From: a bacterium
GTDB taxonomy: Bacteria; Patescibacteriota; Patescibacteriia; Patescibacteriales; GWE2-39-37
Direction of reading: 5' to 3'
Assembly: GCA_037146995.1 (NCBI GenBank)
Contig: JBAWWA010000002.1
Coordinates: 1,955-65,954, forward strand
Length of the DNA: 64,000 nucleotides
Shown here: piece by piece, positions 31,815 to 40,422 of the stretch
How the letters are laid out: each line of letters opens with the position of its first letter
How positions within the stretch are numbered: position 1 is the stretch's first letter
Translations under genes and position numbers: made by a program
The notes under the pieces: model-generated
Database searches by the model: none
Told to the model about the DNA's origin: nothing
The model's input: only the letters and a program-made list of their open reading frames with translations

Positions 31815-32369
31815 ATGGCCGAACAAATAATTTTTGGATTAGTTGGTGAACAAGCCAGTGGCAAGGGTGAAGCAAGTAAGTACATTAAAGAGCGTTACGG
31901 AGCTGCCAGTTATCGTTTCTCCACTCCGATGCGCGATATCTTAAATCGCGTTCAACTACCCCTAACTAGGGAGAACCTGCAAGATGTCTCGACAATACTT
32001 AGAAAAAGATTTGGTCAAGACTTATTTGTAAATGCCATTATGCGTGATATCAAATATGATCCTACAAAAATCATCATCGTCGAGGGCATCAGATTATTAA
32101 TCGACACCGAGAAGTTAAGTCAATTACCAAATTTTAAATTAATTTACATAGACACTAGTCCTGAAGCACGTTTTGCCAGACTAAAGCACCGAGGTGAAAA
32201 TACTGATGATCACTTAAAAACTTTTGAAGATTTTGAAAAAGACCACGAAAAAGAAACGGAGCAACAAATTATCAAGCTCAAGATGCAAGCTAATTACGTG
32301 ATTGACAACGAAGGTAGTCTGACAGAATTACACAAAAAACTCGACAACATAATAAAAGGAGGATTATAA
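31815..32369 (+). CDS. P-loop nucleotide kinase (dNMP/dephospho-CoA kinase-like), copy 2
   Basis: GLVGEQASGKGE, VEGIR, IDNEGS; paralog of upstream gene. Confidence 0.75.
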   Translation: MAEQIIFGLVGEQASGKGEASKYIKERYGAASYRFSTPMRDILNRVQLPLTRENLQDVSTILRKRFGQDLFVNAIMRDIKYDPTKIIIVEGIRLLIDTEKLSQLPNFKLIYIDTSPEARFARLKHRGENTDDHLKTFEDFEKDHEKETEQQIIKLKMQANYVIDNEGSLTELHKKLDNIIKGGL

Positions 32370-32396
32370 ATCCTCTTTTGTTATCTACAAAATATC

Positions 32397-33515
32397 ATGA
32401 AAAACACGAATGGAAAATTTATTGTCATAGATGGTACCGATGGCTCTGGCAAAACCACTCAACTTGAATTATTGGCAAGCAGATTAAAAAGCCTGGGTTA
32501 TAAGGTAGAGTTAGCAGACTTCCCTCAATACAATAACAAGTCAGCCGGTCTGGTTGAGGAATATTTATCGGGCAAATATGGGAGCGCTGATGAAGTTGGA
32601 CCATATATTGCCTCAGTTTTTTATGCCGTCGATCGTTTTGACGCCAGCTTTAAAATCAGAGAATGGCTCAAGAGCGGAGCCATTGTTTTATCCAATCGCT
32701 ATGTTGCCGCCAATATGGGCCACCAAGGAGGTAAAATTTCCAACCCCCTTGAGAGAAAAGCCTATTTTGATTGGCTATACAAACTCGAGTTCGAAATGTT
32801 CAACCTGCCCCAGCCAGACCTAAACTTAATTTTACATGTTCCCGCCAGGGTGGCTGCCGAAATGGCCGCCGCCAGAACTCGAATTGATTGGTCGGGCAAG
32901 ACGGCAGACATTCACGAAGACAATCTCTCACACCTCATTAATGCCGAGCAAACGTATTTAGAAATAGCCGAAGGCTTTCCAAATTTTAAATTAGTCTCCT
33001 GCGCACAGGATAATCTAATAAAATCAAAAGAAGAGATAAATGACCTCATTTGGTCAGAAATCAATCAATTAATCAACCCAAACGCCGAACCAGAATATAT
33101 CGATATCGAAATAATCAATCAACAAGGGAAACTACCAACAAGAGGCAACGAAAACGACGCTGGTCTGGACTTATATAGTGCCGATTACTACACACTTCTG
33201 CCAGGCGATCGAGCTATAATCTCAACTGGTATTAAGATTGCCATACCAAATGGCTACACAGGCTTGATCTGGGATAAAAGTAGCGTATCTAGTTGCGGTA
33301 TCAAAGTACTAGGCGGAGTCATAGATGCTGGCTATCGCGGTGAAATAAAAATCGGTCTCATTAATTTGAGCCGCGAGCCATATCTAATAAGCTCTAGCCA
33401 AAAAATAGCACAAATCTTAATTCAAAAAATAAGTCTACCAAAAGTCAGGACAAATAAAATCAACGACAATACCTCGCGCGGTACAAATGGTTATGGTAGC
33501 ACTGGTATGTATTAA
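32397..33515 (+). CDS. tmk-dut: thymidylate kinase-dUTPase fusion
   Basis: N-terminal DGTDGSGKTTQ, FPQY, NRY; C-terminal AGLDL, GVIDAGYRGE, IAQ, RGTNGYGSTG. Confidence 0.92.
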   Translation: MKNTNGKFIVIDGTDGSGKTTQLELLASRLKSLGYKVELADFPQYNNKSAGLVEEYLSGKYGSADEVGPYIASVFYAVDRFDASFKIREWLKSGAIVLSNRYVAANMGHQGGKISNPLERKAYFDWLYKLEFEMFNLPQPDLNLILHVPARVAAEMAAARTRIDWSGKTADIHEDNLSHLINAEQTYLEIAEGFPNFKLVSCAQDNLIKSKEEINDLIWSEINQLINPNAEPEYIDIEIINQQGKLPTRGNENDAGLDLYSADYYTLLPGDRAIISTGIKIAIPNGYTGLIWDKSSVSSCGIKVLGGVIDAGYRGEIKIGLINLSREPYLISSSQKIAQILIQKISLPKVRTNKINDNTSRGTNGYGSTGMY

Positions 33516-33561
33516 TGATGATTATTAAGTTTTTAGCCAAGTAAAAAATTCAATCAAAAAT

Positions 33562-34962
33562 ATGAACAATTCACCTAGAATTTATGCCTTAAAAAATTTA
33601 TCCCCAGAAGTCGCCGCAGTAACTTTTGCTAAATGTTCAAGATCGGCTGAACCATTTGACGTCATAGCTAGAGAGCTAAGCGATGAGAAATCAGCCGAAT
33701 TTAACGAAAAATGGGTGGTAAATTATGGCCATGGCTCAGTAGCTGAACATGCCTTTATGAATATTGCCATCGAAAACGTTTCACTTATTGCCGTCGAAGC
33801 AATTCAGGCAAATCGTCTGGCGTCATATACCGAAAAATCATCACGCTATCAGGTTTATACCAGAGATAGAGTTTTCGTGCCAAAGGCCCTATATTACGAT
33901 TCGCGCCTCATATCTAGTTATCTAGAATCGATAAACGCTCTATATGATCTTTATGAAAAATCAATTGAACCAATCAAAGCGGCAATCGAAAAACTATACC
34001 CGAATGACAAAAATCTAAGCGAAGCAGCATATCAAGCCAGCATTAAGTCTAAATGGATAGACGTAGTACGTTTCGCTTTACCCAATACTGCTTTAGCAAA
34101 TTTAGGCATGAGTGCCAATGCCCGCACCATGGAATATGCCATAACTAAAATGCTTTCACACCCGCTAGAAGAGGTTCGTGAAATTGGCGAATCTGTTAAG
34201 CGCGTGGCACTAGAAATCACGCCTACCCTGGTTAAATACGCTGACGCTTCAAATTACTATGCCAGAAATGAAGACTTTTTATTCAAAACTTCGCTTGACC
34301 AATTGGATGCCGTAAAGCCTAGCGACTTTAATAGAGACAATCAACTATCAGTCGATCTAATCGACTACGACCCGAATGGCGAAAACAAGGTTCTAGCGGG
34401 CATGCTTTATAAATTTAAATCAATTTCTTATCGTGAAGCTTTAGAACACGTAGAAAAAATGACTGAAGCTGATAAGGCAGAGATTTTCAAAACTATTCTT
34501 GGTGATGCCAAAAATATTTACGAGAAGCCGCCACGTGAGCTCGAATATCCATACTACACCTTCGATGTTATGCTCGATCAAGGTGCCTACTACGACCTCA
34601 AGCGCAATCGGATAATGACCCAAACTCCACAAATTTTAAGCGCTGATTATGGCTACTATACACCAAAATTATTTGATCAAGTTGGCCTAGGTAACGATTA
34701 TCGCAAAGCCATGGACCAGGCGCATGAGACAGCAAGACTTATAAGCCAATATCATCCTTACGAGGCTCAATATATTACCACTAAGGCAACGGCGCGACGT
34801 TTTGTCATGAAAATGAACCTAAGAGAAGCTTTTTATTTCATTGGACTGCGCTCACGCCAAGGCGGACACTTCACCTACCGCAAAATTGGCCAACTATTAC
34901 ATCAGCAAATCCTAAAAGTCCATCCAAACTTAGCAAAATATATACTAGTGGATAATAGTTAG
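33562..34962 (+). CDS. thyX: two-domain FAD-dependent thymidylate synthase
   Basis: YGHGSVAEHA, ASYTEKSSRY, NAR; second domain DLKRNR, MNLRE..LRS. Confidence 0.88.
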   Translation: MNNSPRIYALKNLSPEVAAVTFAKCSRSAEPFDVIARELSDEKSAEFNEKWVVNYGHGSVAEHAFMNIAIENVSLIAVEAIQANRLASYTEKSSRYQVYTRDRVFVPKALYYDSRLISSYLESINALYDLYEKSIEPIKAAIEKLYPNDKNLSEAAYQASIKSKWIDVVRFALPNTALANLGMSANARTMEYAITKMLSHPLEEVREIGESVKRVALEITPTLVKYADASNYYARNEDFLFKTSLDQLDAVKPSDFNRDNQLSVDLIDYDPNGENKVLAGMLYKFKSISYREALEHVEKMTEADKAEIFKTILGDAKNIYEKPPRELEYPYYTFDVMLDQGAYYDLKRNRIMTQTPQILSADYGYYTPKLFDQVGLGNDYRKAMDQAHETARLISQYHPYEAQYITTKATARRFVMKMNLREAFYFIGLRSRQGGHFTYRKIGQLLHQQILKVHPNLAKYILVDNS

Positions 34963-35036
34963 GCCATTGACTTAAATCATTGTTAGTTATAAATTATATT
35001 AACCATCGTACATTCTAACTACTGGAGGTAATTATC

Positions 35037-35273
35037 ATGAAACAACTTAGTAGCATGATAATTAGGGCTAAGATTTTTTGTGCTGTCTCAATGTTGCTAG
35101 TTGGTTATAATTTAGTATCATTACTTCTGTTCAATTTAACCACGGAGCAAACTGCTGAATTTGTCTTAAAAGGACAAATCATGACGTTTTACTTTTTTAT
35201 AGCAAATATTTGGCATGATTTCCTGCTATTTAAAGTCAAACCCCGAATTTGCCAAGATAAATGGAGTGAATAA
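35037..35273 (+). CDS. small membrane hypothetical protein
   Basis: SD GGAGG, upstream TTGACT promoter-like motif, two hydrophobic segments. Confidence 0.6.
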   Translation: MKQLSSMIIRAKIFCAVSMLLVGYNLVSLLLFNLTTEQTAEFVLKGQIMTFYFFIANIWHDFLLFKVKPRICQDKWSE

Positions 35274-35521
35274 TGAAACCAGGCCCTGCGTTCGTCCTTA
35301 TTAGCTTAATAATATTGCGCCTACTCTCAGTTGTCATTTTTTTCACCATTTTTGCTATGTTGATTATACTAGCCTCAGATACTCTGCCGCCAAACTATAT
35401 TAAACATATTTACAAATTTGGGACAAGCCTTAGTCATTTTTTCTTTGCTCTTGGCATAACAATTGAATGCTTAAATTTAGTACTCAAGTCACATGCAAAT
35501 AATCACAAAAACCGCGTTTAA
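35273..35521 (+). CDS. small membrane hypothetical protein
   Basis: SD GGAG, TAATG coupling, two hydrophobic segments. Confidence 0.6.
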   Translation: MKPGPAFVLISLIILRLLSVVIFFTIFAMLIILASDTLPPNYIKHIYKFGTSLSHFFFALGITIECLNLVLKSHANNHKNRV

Positions 35522-35628
35522 AAGCGGTTTTATTTTAGCCAAAAACTTGATTTTTGCAGCCAAATTAGCTATTATTGGGATATAAATATTAAATTTACTA
35601 GAGATCTCTAGAGTAAAACTATCTAAAA

Positions 35629-37137
35629 ATGACTGATAAATACGATATCATAATCGGCCTAGAAATACATGCTGAATTAAAAACAAAGTCAAAAATGTTT
35701 TGTCGCTGTAATAATGACTCGCATTTAGCTGAGCCGAATTTAAATACCTGTCCAATCTGCCTTGCTCATCCTGGAACATTGCCGGTGCCCAATAAACAAG
35801 CCATAGAATGGACTATCTTGGTTGGACTAGCATTGAACGGTCAAATAAATTATTTATCCAAATTTGATCGAAAAAACTATTTTTATCCAGACTTACCAAA
35901 GGGCTACCAAATATCACAATTCGACTTGCCCTTTGTCTATAAGGGTGAGTTAGAAGTTGATGGAGAAATGATTGAGGTAACCAGAATCCATCTCGAAGAA
36001 GATACTGGAAAATTAAGCCACCCGGCTGGTAAGCCATATTCCCTAGTTGATTACAATCGTGCCGGCACGCCATTAATGGAGCTAGTGACCGAGCCCACTA
36101 TACATAATGCACAAACGGCAAAAAAATTTTGTCAAAACTATCAACAGATTTTACGTTATCTAGGCGTCTCGAATGCAGATATGGAAAAAGGTGAGATGCG
36201 CTGCGAAGCCAATGTCTCAATCCAGGAAAAGGGTAAGTGGAAATATGAAGCTGGTCTTATTATGCCGATTGGTGACTATAAACTAAACCCTAAAGTTGAA
36301 TTGAAAAATATTAACTCATTTAAAGCAGTCGAAAAAGCAATCGAATATGAGGTAAAGCGTCAAATTTTAGCACTAGTAGAGGGTGAAAAGCTTGTACAAG
36401 AAACCAGAGGCTGGAATGAGGACAAGGGTCAGACAATTCGTCAACGCATCAAAGAAACCTCGGCAGATTATCGCTACTTCCCTGACCCAGACATACCACC
36501 TATAAATATTACCCCAGAAGTTATAGCCGAAATAAAAAACATGCTGGTTGAGTTACCAATCGCCAAAAAGGCCAGATTCATGTCTGAGTATAATTTAAAT
36601 GAAGCCGATGCTGACATTTTAGTTAGCGACAAGCAATTAGCCTCATTTACTGAACAAACAATCTCCGAGCTACACGCCTGGCTCAGTGAAAATAATCAAG
36701 ATCTTAGCGATCAAAAAGATCGTCTAGCTAAACTGACCTCAAATTGGCTAATATCTGAATTATTCAAACATCTAAAGACCACAGGCGAAACCATCGAAAA
36801 TACCAAGATCTCACCGGCTGAATTTGCCGAATTAATCGGTCTGATTTTTGATAATAAAATAAATTCATCAGCCGGACAACTAGTGCTTGAAAAAATGTAT
36901 CATCAAGGTGGTAGCGCCCATGCTTGGACCAAAGAATTGGGCCTAGAGCAAATTGAGGATGATAATCACTTAGAGGGTGTAGTTAAAGAATTAATCAATA
37001 AATTCCCCGAACAAATAGAACAGTATCGAAACGGTAAAGTGGCGGTCATTCAATTTTTAGTTGGCCAAGGCATGGCCGCCACCAAGGGCAAAGCTAATCC
37101 GGCCAAGCTACAAGAAATCTTTAAAAAATTAATTTAG
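35629..37137 (+). CDS. gatB: Asp/Glu-tRNA amidotransferase subunit B
   Basis: IGLEIHAEL, RKNYFYPDLPKGYQISQ, YRYFPDPD. Confidence 0.98.
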   Translation: MTDKYDIIIGLEIHAELKTKSKMFCRCNNDSHLAEPNLNTCPICLAHPGTLPVPNKQAIEWTILVGLALNGQINYLSKFDRKNYFYPDLPKGYQISQFDLPFVYKGELEVDGEMIEVTRIHLEEDTGKLSHPAGKPYSLVDYNRAGTPLMELVTEPTIHNAQTAKKFCQNYQQILRYLGVSNADMEKGEMRCEANVSIQEKGKWKYEAGLIMPIGDYKLNPKVELKNINSFKAVEKAIEYEVKRQILALVEGEKLVQETRGWNEDKGQTIRQRIKETSADYRYFPDPDIPPINITPEVIAEIKNMLVELPIAKKARFMSEYNLNEADADILVSDKQLASFTEQTISELHAWLSENNQDLSDQKDRLAKLTSNWLISELFKHLKTTGETIENTKISPAEFAELIGLIFDNKINSSAGQLVLEKMYHQGGSAHAWTKELGLEQIEDDNHLEGVVKELINKFPEQIEQYRNGKVAVIQFLVGQGMAATKGKANPAKLQEIFKKLI

Positions 37138-37164
37138 AATTCATATTAACTCTAGTCTAATAAA

Positions 37165-37689
37165 ATGAGTACATCAATCGACAATAAAGTTACAGATGAG
37201 GCCTCACTTGGCGCTGACAAATTGAAAAAATTAACCAAAGGAAACGTCCTAAAAATGCAGATTAAGGCCATAATCAAAGGTAATATTCCAGGCAAGGAAA
37301 ATCCCAGTCTAACTGAACGCTCTAATTACGCCAAAGAAGTTTTAAGCGATGAAGCTTTTAAGCAATTTACTGAAGAGCTAGGCAAAGAAACCAGACTGGA
37401 AAGTGCCACGCAAATTCTCGAAGATAAAAAGAATCTTGAAAACCTTCTAGTCAATGTCGACCCAATTATTAAGGAAATAGTTTATAATGTCTTATCTGGC
37501 AATGAATACATTCAGATTATTGCTGCCGGTAAAGACACAGCCGTCATGAATGGTATCACTAAAATTGCCAAAAAATACCAAGGCTCTGACATTATTCTCG
37601 AGGGTAAAGAACAACAACTTAGAGACGCTATAAAATCAGAGATGGAAAGAATTATGAATCAAGAAAAACCAGAACAAATGGCCGCTTAA
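37165..37689 (+). CDS. hypothetical protein
   Basis: 174 aa charged helical ORF, ends in QMAA. Confidence 0.75.
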   Translation: MSTSIDNKVTDEASLGADKLKKLTKGNVLKMQIKAIIKGNIPGKENPSLTERSNYAKEVLSDEAFKQFTEELGKETRLESATQILEDKKNLENLLVNVDPIIKEIVYNVLSGNEYIQIIAAGKDTAVMNGITKIAKKYQGSDIILEGKEQQLRDAIKSEMERIMNQEKPEQMAA

Positions 37690-37728
37690 AATAAAAAAAT
37701 AGGAACACTTCATGTGTTCCCTTTTTAA

Positions 37729-38097
37729 TTATGCCGGTAAAAAAGCATTAATAATAACGGCAATAATATTTTTAGCTTGACGACTAAAATCGAAAATTTT
37801 CATTTCAATGTCAAACACCACCATTGCCTCGATCAAATTGCTTTTTAAGGCAAAGACCCTTTTTCTTTCTTGAAAAAAATCAGCTTTCTGTCTCGCCCGA
37901 GTCAAGCGATCGTTTGACACATTTTTTAATGGAATGCCCTCAAAGGCCATCAAAATAGAGTCATACTCCCGTCTTGTAAGTCGACCTGACTTCAACTGTT
38001 CTTCGAGATAATTATATATCACGAAGTTTTCTTGGCAAATGCCGCATGTAGTTATACTCAAAACCAAATTGATCACCCCCAGTGCTTTAAAGTTCAA
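37729..38097 (-). CDS. hypothetical protein (start uncertain)
   Basis: 122 aa ORF filling the gap and converging on a hairpin at 37700-37724. Confidence 0.5.
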   Translation of the reverse strand: MNFKALGVINLVLSITTCGICQENFVIYNYLEEQLKSGRLTRREYDSILMAFEGIPLKNVSNDRLTRARQKADFFQERKRVFALKSNLIEAMVVFDIEMKIFDFSRQAKNIIAVIINAFLPA

Positions 38098-38192
38098 TTT
38101 TGCCCGCTAGGGCAAGGCCCCTTGGGGGTTATTTGCAAACTAGCACCTAAGGCATAAAAAGTCAAGGCTAAATGATACTTTTAATGCTAATA

Positions 38193-39122
38193 TTAGGTAT
38201 TATTAGCAAATTCCTTAATCAATTTTATCGCTTCCGCCTCATCCTTGATCCAAAAAATCTTTTGCCCTTGTTTTTCCCAACGCTTAAACCAAGTGATCTG
38301 GCGTTTAGCAAATTGCCGAATCGCAATATTTAAACGCTCAATTAATTCCTCATAAGTAAATTTTTCCTCGAGATATTCAGTAATAAAACGATACTCTAGG
38401 CCAAATGCCTTTAGACGTTCGTCACTAACTCCTTGTCGGCGTAAACCCTCAACCTCACCGACCATATCTTCGTCTTCAAGTCGTGTTACTAGCCGTCTCT
38501 TAATCTTAGCTTCCATGATTTCCCTATCCGGCATGATCCCGATAATCAAGCAATCATATTTTTCTGGGTGGCTACCAATAGACTGAGACGCGTTTCCCTC
38601 AAGGTCTTGCAGTTCTATATATCTTATCAATCTGCGTTTATTATTCTTGTCACTGTTATTAAGTCTTTCTGCAAAGACTTTATTTTTTTGCGTTAGCAAC
38701 TCAAATAATTCTTCTTTAGCTTTTAATTCAAGATTCGCCCTTAAGGCTTTGTCGGGGCCATCATTTACTGCTAATAAAAAATTTTCAACCACCGCCTGCA
38801 AATACAAACCTGATCCACCAACCAACATCGGGACCCGACCTCGAGCCACGATTTCTTTTATTGCAGAGTCAGCCTGATTTTTAAAATCAGCCAAGGTGAA
38901 TTGAGCTTGAGGATCAACAACATCTATTAAGTGATGTTTAATCTCTTTGTATTCATCAAGGTCCTTGCCCGTACCAATATCCATGCCTCGATAAACCTGT
39001 CTCGAATCTGCCGAGACGATTTCGGCATTAAATTGGCCAGCCAAGGTTACTGCCAGCTTGGTCTTACCACTCGCTGTCGGACCAAGAATCACAATTAATT
39101 TTATTTTTTTATCTAACGCCAT
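38193..39122 (-). CDS. miaA: tRNA dimethylallyltransferase
   Basis: GPTASGKT, DSRQVYRGMDIGT, VGGSGLY, AKRQITW. Confidence 0.97.
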   Translation of the reverse strand: MALDKKIKLIVILGPTASGKTKLAVTLAGQFNAEIVSADSRQVYRGMDIGTGKDLDEYKEIKHHLIDVVDPQAQFTLADFKNQADSAIKEIVARGRVPMLVGGSGLYLQAVVENFLLAVNDGPDKALRANLELKAKEELFELLTQKNKVFAERLNNSDKNNKRRLIRYIELQDLEGNASQSIGSHPEKYDCLIIGIMPDREIMEAKIKRRLVTRLEDEDMVGEVEGLRRQGVSDERLKAFGLEYRFITEYLEEKFTYEELIERLNIAIRQFAKRQITWFKRWEKQGQKIFWIKDEAEAIKLIKEFANNT

Positions 39123-39143
39123 TTAATTTACTCTAAAGTCTTG

Positions 39144-40415
39144 TTAGTATTCTACGATTTCACCATCCATGCCGAAGTCACGAGCCTCAATAATTTTAAC
39201 GTCAACAAAACGACCTACAATATTTTCTTTAGGCGTGTTAATTATTTTAACGAAAGTATTATCATTACTTCGTCCATAATAGCTACCCTTACTCTTTGAG
39301 TCAACCAAAACCCTAACGACTTGTCCTAAATATTTTTGATGATTCATGGCAGCACCCGGCCTCATAATATTCATTAAAATCTCCTCACGTTTACGTTTCT
39401 CTTTTTGAGTTACGTCATCTCTTAACTTGAATGCTGCGGTAAATGGTCGCGGACTATATTTACCTAGATAAATATTATCAAAGGCCGCCCATTCAACTAG
39501 CTTCACCGTATCAGCAAATTGCTCATCCGACTCACCAGGAAAGCCGACAATAATATCCGTGGTAATGCTCACATTTTTAATTCGCTCACGAATTTTTGAT
39601 ATTAAGTCACGATAATGTTCGATGGTATACTTACGATTCATCCGTTCGAGTATTTCGTTGTTACCAGCCTGCACTGGCAGATGAATATGCTTGCAAACCT
39701 TATCACACTCAGCGACTGCCGTTATTAATTCATCGGACATGTCTTTGGGATGACTAGAAACGAAACGAATCCAAAAATCTCCAGGTATCGCGTTAACCAA
39801 GCGCAGAAGCCCTGGAAACATAATTACCTTGCCATCCTCACTTTTATAACTATTAACATTTTGTGCGATTAAATTTATCTCCTTTATGCCAGCCTCAATC
39901 GCCCTACTAACTTCAGTTAATATTTCCTCGGCACTGCGATAAGTTTCCCGACCACGAGCGTATGGCACCACACAATAAGTGCAAAAATTATCACAACCTG
40001 TGCCTATCGGGATCTGGACAGATATTTTAGAATTATACTTTGGGGCAATTTTTAGATAACTGTCAGGTAGTACGACCTCTTTAATTTTCAAAAACTCTCC
40101 CAACTTCGTCATGTCCTTGATCGGTAACCACAAATCAACTTGTTTCATTCTGCGCTGCACATCACTACGACCAGAAACACAACCAGTTATTACGACTTTT
40201 ACTCGTGGATTGTCTTTTTTTAATTGGGGCACCAAACCGTAGATCCTACTTTCAGAAGTCTGCTTAACTCCGCAAGTATTTATGGTCACCAAATCCGCCT
40301 CAGCCCTCGCCTTAACTTCTTGATAGCCTAAGCTATCCAAAAAGCTCGCCAGCCTCTCGGAATCCGCAAAATTCATGGCACAGCCAATTGTTATAATGTG
40401 ATATAACTTATTCAT
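39144..40415 (-). CDS. miaB: tRNA methylthiotransferase
   Basis: GCAMN/NTC/TGC, radical SAM CDNFCTYC, SHP, TRAM domain. Confidence 0.92.
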   Translation of the reverse strand: MNKLYHIITIGCAMNFADSERLASFLDSLGYQEVKARAEADLVTINTCGVKQTSESRIYGLVPQLKKDNPRVKVVITGCVSGRSDVQRRMKQVDLWLPIKDMTKLGEFLKIKEVVLPDSYLKIAPKYNSKISVQIPIGTGCDNFCTYCVVPYARGRETYRSAEEILTEVSRAIEAGIKEINLIAQNVNSYKSEDGKVIMFPGLLRLVNAIPGDFWIRFVSSHPKDMSDELITAVAECDKVCKHIHLPVQAGNNEILERMNRKYTIEHYRDLISKIRERIKNVSITTDIIVGFPGESDEQFADTVKLVEWAAFDNIYLGKYSPRPFTAAFKLRDDVTQKEKRKREEILMNIMRPGAAMNHQKYLGQVVRVLVDSKSKGSYYGRSNDNTFVKIINTPKENIVGRFVDVKIIEARDFGMDGEIVEY

Positions 40416-40422
40416 CGAATTT

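Noticed and set aside
37678-37689. C-terminal QMAA as an ssrA-like degron
   Set aside because: Two terminal alanines alone are too weak to support a claim
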